Notes under the pieces: model-generated | What the model was told of the DNA's origin: nothing | Seen by the model: only the letters and a program-made list of their open reading frames with translations | The model's database searches: none | Translations under genes and position numbers: made by a program | Source of the DNA: a virus | Taxonomy: Duplodnaviria; Caudoviricetes | DNA: 64,000 nucleotides | Virus record (IMG/VR): IMGVR_UViG_3300010429_002123 | Reading direction: 5' to 3' (one strand) | Shown: one piece after another, positions 56,961 to 64,000 of the stretch | Layout: each line of letters begins with the position of its first letter | Position numbering within the stretch: position 1 is the first letter of the stretch

Positions 56961-57008
56961 ATCACATCATATTCAAATATTAAAATTAAAAGAAAGGCGG
57001 GAAAAAAC

Positions 57009-57338
57009 ATGGCAGATACAGCGACAGCTCCAGTTAATGCTACAATCAGAAACCCAAAAGGTCTGAATCCTTCGGACGTAAGGGACATGAACAAGTACAC
57101 CAAGTATTATAACAAAAAGCAGAAACTCATCGGTAAACTCGCAAGAGAAAATGCTCTTATGCAGGTAGAAAAAAGCCCCTCAAAGAAGCCGAAGATGGCT
57201 GCCTCCGAAAGAGCCAGACTTTTCAAAAAAGATATGTGGGGACAAAGTCTAAGAACCCTTGAAAATTACGCAAAATTACCACCCGCAGAACGGGCAAGAA
57301 CACCTTTTAAAGACGTTGCGGCAGTAGGAGGGGGTTAA
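57009..57338 (+). CDS. Small basic protein ending AVGGG
   Basis: C-terminal diglycine. Confidence 0.7.
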   Translation: MADTATAPVNATIRNPKGLNPSDVRDMNKYTKYYNKKQKLIGKLARENALMQVEKSPSKKPKMAASERARLFKKDMWGQSLRTLENYAKLPPAERARTPFKDVAAVGGG

Positions 57339-57342
57339 GTAA

Positions 57343-57699
57343 ATGGCGAAATCAGTGGGAGATATACTCAGAAAGTTAGTTTCAGACAGGGCTAAAACTC
57401 TGGACAAAACTTACGATAAAAAATACCCGAACGCAAATAACCAGTCAAAACAGGACAGAACACAGAGAAATATAGATATACTAAAATCTATCTCAAACGC
57501 AAGAAGAGCAGGAAAAGAACTAACCCCCAAAGACCTCGCTTACATGGTCTGGGACGCTTCGGCCAAAAAGGGAACCGGTTGGCACGGAGCTGACGGGCGA
57601 CCTATGACAGCAGATAAGATTGAAAACCTTATAGCAAGTGACATGGCAAAGGCTGGTTTACGCTCGCCCGATTCCGCCAGTGGTGGAACCGGGGGTTAA
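57343..57699 (+). CDS. Small basic protein ending SGGTGG
   Basis: C-terminal diglycine. Confidence 0.7.
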   Translation: MAKSVGDILRKLVSDRAKTLDKTYDKKYPNANNQSKQDRTQRNIDILKSISNARRAGKELTPKDLAYMVWDASAKKGTGWHGADGRPMTADKIENLIASDMAKAGLRSPDSASGGTGG

Positions 57700-57720
57700 G
57701 CAACAAAGGAGGGACATGCA

Positions 57721-58161
57721 GTGGCCACGTATATAGGTTCAAAAATGCCCAAAGGAAGGGCTACTCTCTCTAACAAAGACATCTTAAAAGCCGTGCAGAA
57801 TATGATAAAAGAGAAAGATAGACAAGATGTGAGAAGGTGGGGAGAACCTGACGAGCAGGACAAAAAATGGAACAAAGAAAGAGATAAAAACATAAAGGAC
57901 GCCTTAGGTAAACTCTCCGGTAAGGTCTCTGCTGAAGACGCCTTGAAACGGCTTGGGGGACTCAAAAAACAAGAAGTTTCTCCCTCACTGTTTAAAGATG
58001 ATTACCTTTATAAGGGCTCTCCTTATTTCGATAAAGATGAGTTAGGATACTTAAAAGACGAGATAAGAAAAGTAGAGACAAGGAAGACTCTTGACTATCA
58101 GAAAAAAAGGGAAAGAGCAATGACCCCGGATATGTTTGGAAAAAGCGGGTCAGGAGGCTAA
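57721..58161 (+). CDS. Small basic protein ending SGSGG (paralogue of 58256)
   Basis: KTLDYQK.RERAMTPDMF shared with 58256. Confidence 0.75.
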   Translation: MATYIGSKMPKGRATLSNKDILKAVQNMIKEKDRQDVRRWGEPDEQDKKWNKERDKNIKDALGKLSGKVSAEDALKRLGGLKKQEVSPSLFKDDYLYKGSPYFDKDELGYLKDEIRKVETRKTLDYQKKRERAMTPDMFGKSGSGG

Positions 58162-58255
58162 TAGTAGACCATAGGAATCTTTTTTTAGATATGGATTCAA
58201 TCTTAAACAACAGAACTTCTGCCCCGACAGGGACAGGAGGTATAGGAGGTTAAAA

Positions 58256-58669
58256 ATGCCCACATATTATGGAGGAAAAACTCCCAACAAACGAGTAGCT
58301 TTAAACAAAAATGAAATAATGAAAGCTGTTAAGGCTGTTTTAAAAAAAGAATATGACGACGAGGATAGATATTCTTCCCCGGACAAAGAAACTTTAAATG
58401 ACCGTAAGGAAAGAGAAAAAGGTCTAAGAAAGAAAATGGATTCTCTTTCTAAAAATCCCTCCGTTGAAGAGATTACCTCTGCTCTCTCCAACGTAAAAAT
58501 GAAAGATATAGTCGGAAGAGGTGAATCTGCCTTTTTTACAAAGGGGGAGTTAAAAGACGTTGAGAAAAAAATAGGACAAGCAGAAGTTAAAAAAACTCTT
58601 GATTACCAGAAAGCAAGGGAAAGGGCGATGACTCCTGACATGTTTGCTGTGGGTGGGTCAGGAGGATAA
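58256..58669 (+). CDS. Small basic protein ending GGSGG (paralogue of 57721)
   Basis: Shares KTLDYQK.RERAMTPDMF with 57721; strong RBS. Confidence 0.75.
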   Translation: MPTYYGGKTPNKRVALNKNEIMKAVKAVLKKEYDDEDRYSSPDKETLNDRKEREKGLRKKMDSLSKNPSVEEITSALSNVKMKDIVGRGESAFFTKGELKDVEKKIGQAEVKKTLDYQKARERAMTPDMFAVGGSGG

Positions 58670-58671
58670 GT

Positions 58672-59448
58672 ATGATAAATTTATGTAGACTATCTGAACA
58701 GGTAGAGATACTTGAAGAGATGGTAAGTATTTTAGAAGGGGGTCCTCCGAAAGACGGAGGACCCGGCAGTGGGAACTATGAAAGGCGCAAGCAGTATGAC
58801 CCGGAAACTCAGGAAATGGTTGATTTTTTAGGCAAGGTTGTGGGGGGAGCACTTGACTCCTCTCTTAACCCCCGTGACTTCGCTCACACGAAACATTATG
58901 TACCTCCTGCCCTGAAAGCTCACCGACTGGAGGCTCTTGATTTCGCAATGGCGTTCTGGCAAATGCAAAAAGAAGACAAGCCAAGTATAGATAACTTTTA
59001 TGCCAATGCTAAAAAGAACACAGAAAAATTCACAAAAGACAACATGTCTCAAGATGACCTGCTCGACCGTCTTGCAAACGCTAAAAAATTCATAGTCGGA
59101 GAGAAGTTTACTGCCCGACAGGAAGACACACCCGAACAAAAAGAGCTTCGAAAGATTGACCGCCTGCTGGCGAGCAAAGACCCTATTCCTTACTCGATAG
59201 CTCTCGGACGGCTTAGCAAAGAAGGGGGAACACGCCTAAGAGACACTGGAGACCCCAAGAAGGAGCAACATCTCGACTTAAAAGCTATTGACGCTATCAC
59301 TGCAGAAAAGAATTATAATCTGAGAAACTTCCCTCACAGAAAAGACCCTTCTCCCTACTACAATGGCCTTACCAAACAGTTAGTTACCAGGGTAAAAGAA
59401 AGAGCAGAGAAACACGGAATTTCAGTTAAAAAAGCAGATTATGAATAG
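58672..59448 (+). CDS. E-GGPGSG family protein 7
   Basis: RLSEQVEILEEMVSILE-GGPPKDGGPGSG. Confidence 0.72.
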   Translation: MINLCRLSEQVEILEEMVSILEGGPPKDGGPGSGNYERRKQYDPETQEMVDFLGKVVGGALDSSLNPRDFAHTKHYVPPALKAHRLEALDFAMAFWQMQKEDKPSIDNFYANAKKNTEKFTKDNMSQDDLLDRLANAKKFIVGEKFTARQEDTPEQKELRKIDRLLASKDPIPYSIALGRLSKEGGTRLRDTGDPKKEQHLDLKAIDAITAEKNYNLRNFPHRKDPSPYYNGLTKQLVTRVKERAEKHGISVKKADYE

Positions 59449-59473
59449 ACTCTAAACAGACAAGGAAAACTTT

Positions 59474-60241
59474 ATGACAAAATTGCAAAAAGCTAAAGAC
59501 CTTCTAAAAAGCATCGAGAGCACGGAGGTTCTCGTTGCTTTCTCCGGTGGAAAGGACTCCATCGTAACTCTCGACCTGTGCTGTGAAATGTTCGAGCGGG
59601 TCGAAGCGTTTTACATGTATATAGTTAAAGATTTAAACTTTGTTAATTCCTTTCTCGACCCTCTGGCAGAAAAGTATGAGATTAAACTCCACAGAGTTCC
59701 TCACTATATTCTGTGTCAGGCTTACAAGCTGGGACTCTACACAATAAATTACTCTTTTCAGGAATCTGAACTGAGGCTCAGTGACGTAGAGACTTACATA
59801 AAGGCCAAAACCGGGATAGAATGGATTGCCAACGGGGCAAGAAAAGCGGACAGCATCGAAAGACTCGCTATGCTTTCAAACAATGGGGGGATTGACCGAA
59901 ACACTCACAAGGTATATCCCATAGCTGAGTGGAAAGCTGAAGATGTCCGCAGTTACCTGAGGTTAAGAAACCTTCCTTTGCCGGAAAATCAGGGGAAGAA
60001 AATGTCCGGGGTTGACCTCTGCCCGGAAACTCTCTGCTGGATTCAGGAAAACCACCCTTCAGACTTTGAAAAAATCAAAAACATCTTTCCTTTCGTGGAA
60101 GCTCCTGTGAAACGAAAAGAGTTTTTGCTAAAGCGGGGGGAGAGTGTCCCAGTCCCAGTTGACCCCCCGGCTAAGAAGAAGCGGGGGAAGAAGAGTCTTG
60201 ACAAGACCAACACCCGCGTTGAGGATAAGACTCTGGCATAA
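59474..60241 (+). CDS. PP-loop ATPase, PAPS-reductase family
   Basis: VAFSGGKDS PP-loop; G.RKADS..R; YPIAEW...DV. Confidence 0.85.
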   Translation: MTKLQKAKDLLKSIESTEVLVAFSGGKDSIVTLDLCCEMFERVEAFYMYIVKDLNFVNSFLDPLAEKYEIKLHRVPHYILCQAYKLGLYTINYSFQESELRLSDVETYIKAKTGIEWIANGARKADSIERLAMLSNNGGIDRNTHKVYPIAEWKAEDVRSYLRLRNLPLPENQGKKMSGVDLCPETLCWIQENHPSDFEKIKNIFPFVEAPVKRKEFLLKRGESVPVPVDPPAKKKRGKKSLDKTNTRVEDKTLA

Positions 60242-60595
60242 ACTGCAGGGAAGAGCGTTTGCTATCTTCTCCCTCTTTTCCAAGTCATACCCCGCTATAT
60301 AAAGAACAGCTCCTATTGTCTCTTTTCTTCCCGCGTGAAGCAAGGCATTTGCCTCAGCATGGCAGGAACCACACAAATCATATCTTTCTCCGGGGGGTAT
60401 GTTTCTTTTTTGCCTCTCACAGTAACCCAGGTCGATGCAGTTAGTCTCTCCTCTGGGTCTCCCGTTATAACCTGTGCTTATTATGTTATCATCTTTTACT
60501 ATTATGGCTCCGTATTTTCTCCGAAGACACGTCGAACGTTCATAGACGGCCTCCGTTATATTAAAATAGTATTCATCTTTCGTTAGTCTTCTCAT
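60128..60595 (-). CDS. dCMP deaminase
   Basis: RSTC.RR..GA.IV.D..IISTGYNG, HAEANA, PC..C. Confidence 0.92.
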   Translation of the reverse strand: MRRLTKDEYYFNITEAVYERSTCLRRKYGAIIVKDDNIISTGYNGRPRGETNCIDLGYCERQKRNIPPGERYDLCGSCHAEANALLHAGRKETIGAVLYIAGYDLEKREKIANALPCSLCQSLILNAGVGLVKTLLPPLLLSRGVNWDWDTLPPL

Positions 60596-60628
60596 TAAGT
60601 TCCCTCTACTTTAAAAATCATTTTAAAA

Positions 60629-60657
60629 AGTTTAGCATGGCCTTTCGAACTTGTCAA
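60629..60657 (-). promoter_or_regulatory. Promoter for dCMP deaminase
   Basis: Reverse strand TTGACA-17-TAAACT with TG extension. Confidence 0.65.
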
Positions 60658-60715
60658 CTCTTTCCCTTGCTGTGGAAGGTTCGGAAAGAAAGTTAACTTA
60701 TTTTTACAAAAAGTA

Positions 60716-60745
60716 TTGACAAGTAATATGGGACTATGCTATTAT
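60716..60745 (+). promoter_or_regulatory. Strong early promoter for ardC
   Basis: TTGACA-18-TATTAT with TG extension; upstream block identical to that of the 53.25-kb promoter. Confidence 0.8.
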
Positions 60746-60807
60746 ATATTTAGTGAAAGAACGAAGAAAATAAACAGGCCGGTAACCCGGCAGAAGGAGA
60801 GACAAAA

Positions 60808-61698
60808 ATGAAAACATACAAAAAGACCGAAAAAACAGAAAACAAGGAGACCGTTGCTGACAAAATCACAGCTAATATAATAGCTGAACTGGAAAAAGGA
60901 AACTTAGCTTGGAGCAGAAACTGGACTGGAACCGCCCCGACAAATGCCATGTCAAAAAAAGAATACCGTGGTATAAACAGACTGAACCTGATGCTGGTAG
61001 GTATGGACAAAGGTTTCCAGAGTCCATACTGGATGACTTACAACCAGGCAAAAGACCTGGGCGGTAATGTCATAGCAGGCTCTAAAGGCTCACAAGTAAT
61101 ATACTGGAAAGTCCTCAAATATGACAAAATAGACGAAGAGACTCAGGAAGTCTCCTCAAAGTCAATACCTTATATGAGATATTCCACAGTATTCAACCTT
61201 GACCAGATTGAAAACATCGACAAAACAAAGTTCGAGACCAAGAAAACACAAGTAAACCCTGTGGAAGAGGCCGAAAAAATCATAAGAAATTATCAGAATG
61301 GTCCAGCTATCGAGTTCGGGTGTTTCAATCCGTGCTACAGACCCGCAACAGACGAAGTCAAAATGCCCGCTATAAATGCGTTCAACAGTGAAGAAGGTTA
61401 CTACTCAACAATGTTTCACGAGCTCGGTCACTCGACAGGACATGCAACAAGACTGAATAGAGAAGAAGTCGTAGGAGTAAACTTCTTCGGTAGCCACAAC
61501 TACGCGACAGAAGAGTTAGTAGCCGAGTTTACAAGTGCTTTCTGCTGTGCAAGCTGTGGTATGTCTAATGAAAAAGTCATTGAAAATCAGGCCGCATATG
61601 TACAAAACTGGTTAAAAGTCTTAAAAAATGACAGAAAAATGGTCATAAATGCGGCAGCCCGTGCAGAAAAATCTTACGCCAGAATACTCGGAAGGTAA
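60808..61698 (+). CDS. ardC: ArdC-family antirestriction / ssDNA-binding protein with a zincin domain
   Basis: Y.GIN...L......W.TY.QA...GG.V..G.KG, VFN..Q, Y.P..D.V.MP, HELGHSTGH..RL.R, YA.EELVAE, Y..NW...L. Confidence 0.9.
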   Translation: MKTYKKTEKTENKETVADKITANIIAELEKGNLAWSRNWTGTAPTNAMSKKEYRGINRLNLMLVGMDKGFQSPYWMTYNQAKDLGGNVIAGSKGSQVIYWKVLKYDKIDEETQEVSSKSIPYMRYSTVFNLDQIENIDKTKFETKKTQVNPVEEAEKIIRNYQNGPAIEFGCFNPCYRPATDEVKMPAINAFNSEEGYYSTMFHELGHSTGHATRLNREEVVGVNFFGSHNYATEELVAEFTSAFCCASCGMSNEKVIENQAAYVQNWLKVLKNDRKMVINAAARAEKSYARILGR

Positions 61699-61732
61699 AA
61701 AAAAAAGAAAAGGGAGGAGTTCTCTCCTCCCT
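61696..61732. terminator. Hairpin with an A-tract (terminator on the - strand, or a stabilising hairpin)
   Basis: A-run followed by agggaggag-ttct-ctcctccct. Confidence 0.65.
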
Positions 61733-61750
61733 GAATAGGAGGGAACCCAG

Positions 61751-62008
61751 ATGTTAATTGACTGCTCACAGTGCCTACAATGTCAGGAGACGTTTCTCCC
61801 AAAAGCGTATAGGTTTAAAGGCCACACCTTTTCAAACGACAGGCAATTCTGTTCGGGAACCTGTCGAGGAAAATGGACATTTCAAAACAAGTTCCCTATG
61901 TGGGACTTATCAACTCTTGCCCGTAGCAGGATTATGAAAAAACGTATCTTGTTTAAAATATACCCGGCAGTTATGCTGGTGATGAGACTTGTCTGGAAAA
62001 GTATGTAA
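61751..62008 (+). CDS. Small Cys-rich (zinc-finger-like) protein
   Basis: C..C..C...F and FCS..C; RBS ggagg. Confidence 0.5.
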   Translation: MLIDCSQCLQCQETFLPKAYRFKGHTFSNDRQFCSGTCRGKWTFQNKFPMWDLSTLARSRIMKKRILFKIYPAVMLVMRLVWKSM

Positions 62009-62175
62009 GGTTCAACCAGACACTCTTGAGAGAAGCGTAAAATGCTTCAGGATTAAAAAGTTTCTAAAAAACGGAGAAAGATACTATTTTGAGTTTGGGG
62101 CGGTTAAAACGCAAAATAGAGGCCATAATAACTGGGCGAAAAAGTGAAAGAACAAAAAGAAAGGACGGAGACAAA

Positions 62176-62460
62176 ATGGAAGTAAAAGAAAGAGTAATTG
62201 AGCTTCTTAAAAAAACGGGTGACTACATGACAAACAGTACAATAGCCTTGAGACTTGGAAAAAAGGTCTCTCAAATTGAGACTATAACAACGCAATTATA
62301 CAAAGAAAAACAGGTTATGAAAATGGGCGTCAACAAGAATAAAAACGCTTACAGGTTCTGTGATTTTAGTGAGGTAGATTTCCCCCCGGAGGTATTAGAT
62401 AGCCTTTTTGTAAAAAAAGTATTGACAAGTATCCCTGACTATGCTACAATAAAAAAGTAA
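62176..62460 (+). CDS. Putative winged-helix DNA-binding protein
   Basis: RVIELLK....MT...IA..LG.....I......L..E..V; ATG after ggag. Confidence 0.55.
   Translation: MEVKERVIELLKKTGDYMTNSTIALRLGKKVSQIETITTQLYKEKQVMKMGVNKNKNAYRFCDFSEVDFPPEVLDSLFVKKVLTSIPDYATIKK
62422..62450 (+). promoter_or_regulatory. Early promoter of the same family
   Basis: TTGACA-17-TACAAT with TG extension. Confidence 0.78.
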
Positions 62461-62488
62461 AAAGAAATCAAAAGAGGAGGAAATAAAA

Positions 62489-62899
62489 ATGGAAAAAGTG
62501 ATGGAGTTCTTAAAAGCCTGGGAAGAAAAAGAGTATGCCTGGTATGAAAGGATGGCTGCCAGGTACAAAGAGGAAAAGGGCTGGAAAGTCGGTTGGAGAG
62601 AAGATAACGGCGTCAGCAAGGCTGACTGGGAAGAACTTCGGAGCTTTTCCACTCACCCTCAGATGGTCGAAAGACTCAAAAACAAAATCCACAAAGTAGC
62701 TGTGGAAAGAGCAAAAAAATTCACCTGCCAGATTGAAAAAAAGGTTGGGAGAGTCACTGACTGCTCCGACCTTAAGTTCAATCCCGTGGGTAGCTTAGAC
62801 GGCTGGGTAAAAGGAGAAAAAGGTTCGGCGTGGGTACAAACTGTGTACGCCGGAGGATACAATATCCAGAGACTGCACTTCAGAACTATAGTAAAATAA
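62489..62899 (+). CDS. Hypothetical phage protein
   Basis: Strong RBS; G.KG.A.V.T.YAGGYNIQRLH.R C-terminus. Confidence 0.7.
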   Translation: MEKVMEFLKAWEEKEYAWYERMAARYKEEKGWKVGWREDNGVSKADWEELRSFSTHPQMVERLKNKIHKVAVERAKKFTCQIEKKVGRVTDCSDLKFNPVGSLDGWVKGEKGSAWVQTVYAGGYNIQRLHFRTIVK

Positions 62900-62916
62900 C
62901 AGGAGGTAACACTGCT

Positions 62917-63126
62917 ATGTCAGCAAGAAAAATAATAGAAGCTCTGGAAAAAGAGCTGGAAACAATAGAAAAAACCACACCGTTCCCCGTAAGCTCTGAG
63001 GACAGCTCGTTTATCAAAGGTATAGAGTTTGCCATAGACCACATAAAAGAAACGTATGGAATAGACGAGTTTGCCGGGTGGGTTGAAAAAGAAAAAGCCT
63101 TCTGGGCAGAAAAGGAAGCAAGATAG
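62917..63126 (+). CDS. Hypothetical protein
   Basis: RBS aggagg. Confidence 0.55.
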   Translation: MSARKIIEALEKELETIEKTTPFPVSSEDSSFIKGIEFAIDHIKETYGIDEFAGWVEKEKAFWAEKEAR

Positions 63127-63127
63127 T

Positions 63128-63628
63128 ATGTTGGGACTTTTTCAAAAAATAGAATTCATGGGCAAGATAGAGAAAAAGAAAAAAGAACTCGGAGGAACAG
63201 CAAAGGACAAAAGAGAAACAAGCTGTATAAAGTGTTCCTTATGCTGTTGGCACAGACCCTGTGAGTTTGACAAAGAAGACGTTAGAAAAATAGCCGAATC
63301 TCTTGGGCTCACAGAAAAAAGGTTCTTTAAAAAATATCTTTGTGTTGACCAATACCAAGAAGGACAGGATTTTGTTCTTCTACCCATAAGAAAAAGCCAA
63401 AAAGACCTGGCCGGAAAGTTTGTACCCATACGAAGGACATATGATGTTGACACCCCCTGCATATTTCTAAGCAGGAAAAAATGCAAGGTATTTGAATTCC
63501 AACCCTATGGAGCAAGACTTTGTGCCTGCTGGAAACAGACAGAAGAGGGAGAAAACAAGCCCTTCTTCTGGACAAAAGAGGAGCTCTTTGACCTGGGCTG
63601 GAGCGGTATTGTGTGGGAGGCTTATTAA
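63128..63628 (+). CDS. YkgJ-like CxxCxxCC (Zn/Fe-S cluster) protein
   Basis: CIKCSLCC...D...IA..LG......F...PCIFL....C.V....P. Confidence 0.75.
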   Translation: MLGLFQKIEFMGKIEKKKKELGGTAKDKRETSCIKCSLCCWHRPCEFDKEDVRKIAESLGLTEKRFFKKYLCVDQYQEGQDFVLLPIRKSQKDLAGKFVPIRRTYDVDTPCIFLSRKKCKVFEFQPYGARLCACWKQTEEGENKPFFWTKEELFDLGWSGIVWEAY

Positions 63629-63643
63629 AAAGGAGGAGAGACC

Positions 63644-64000
63644 ATGAGAAAACAAGATACATCAGAGGAACCGAAATGTGAAAAAATAGAATGCGAAATA
63701 CGTAATGGTTATCTGTTCGAAGCAAAAAACAAAGACACATATAGAGGGTGCTACTACGGAGAGGACGACTGGAGTATGGAGGTTTACGCCGACAGCCTCG
63801 AAAGTCTGATTGAAAACACCGCAAAAGAAGTCATAAGTACAGGTATAGAAGTAGTGTATGTAAGTGTGTCGAAAGTAAAGAGGCTCTCCTGTAACTACGA
63901 AGGAAAGACATTTCATTTTACTCTGGCAAAAACCGAACTCGAAGGACTGGACTTTTACCAAAAGGTAAAGAGTTCGGAGACATACAAAAGACTCTGTTTA
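63644..64000 (+). CDS. Hypothetical protein, truncated by the window end
   Basis: ATG after aaggagg; reading frame open to position 64000 (MRKQDTSEEPKCEK...). Confidence 0.6.
   Translation, partial: MRKQDTSEEPKCEKIECEIRNGYLFEAKNKDTYRGCYYGEDDWSMEVYADSLESLIENTAKEVISTGIEVVYVSVSKVKRLSCNYEGKTFHFTLAKTELEGLDFYQKVKSSETYKRLCL

Larger units (their letters stand above)
1..64000 (+). mobile_element. Segment of a large tailed bacteriophage genome (tail, fibre, lysis, putative internal-protein and early modules)
   Basis: Tape measure, tail tube-like, fibre, endolysin and ArdC genes; densely packed co-oriented ORFs; no host housekeeping operons. Confidence 0.95.

Noticed and set aside
59474-60241. Calling this gene cysH (sulfate-assimilation auxiliary gene)
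   Set aside because: It lacks the C-terminal ECGLH motif and has no sulfur-pathway neighbours; only family-level PP-loop similarity is supported.
1-64000. Stop-codon reassignment (TAG or TGA recoding)
   Set aside because: Long genes are intact in the standard code, and TAA, TAG and TGA all end genes that are followed by an RBS and a new start.
1-64000. tRNA, rRNA or CRISPR arrays
   Set aside because: Intergenic gaps are short, and no cloverleaf or repeat-spacer pattern was recognised by eye; a covariance-model scan would be needed to exclude small RNAs.

Overview
This window is 64 kb of a large tailed dsDNA bacteriophage genome (standard genetic code, almost all genes on the + strand, strong AGGAGG ribosome-binding sites, sigma70/sigmaA-type promoters). 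Layout: (1) 1-16.3 kb tail morphogenesis: virion morphogenesis protein, two tail-tube-like paralogues, a chaperone, a 2675-aa tape measure protein and tail-tip genes. No sheath gene is seen, so the phage is probably sipho-like. (2) 16.3-22 kb three tandem cassettes, each with a conserved tail-tip N-terminus, a variable beta-propeller and a modifying enzyme (two MTase-like, one glycosyltransferase). (3) 23-44 kb a large, modular fibre/decoration cluster with four Kelch-like paralogues, a GT2 glycosyltransferase, a metallophosphoesterase and an orphan receiver domain. (4) 44.9-46.5 kb lysis genes. (5) 46.5-52.9 kb a family of mostly unrelated basic proteins sharing an acidic helical leader that ends in [ILV]-x-E followed by GGPGSG; a CCA-adding enzyme in the cluster carries variants of these tags. 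This is a candidate capsid-packaged, protease-matured, injected cargo system. (6) 52.9-64 kb early/accessory genes behind a conserved promoter family: an acidic DNA-mimic-like protein, a GHKL-zincin fusion, an ASCH protein, five small basic proteins ending in Gly-Gly/Gly-Ser followed by a PP-loop (PAPS-reductase-family) enzyme (candidate protein-conjugation system), dCMP deaminase and ArdC. All functional calls come from motif recognition by eye; no database searches were run.
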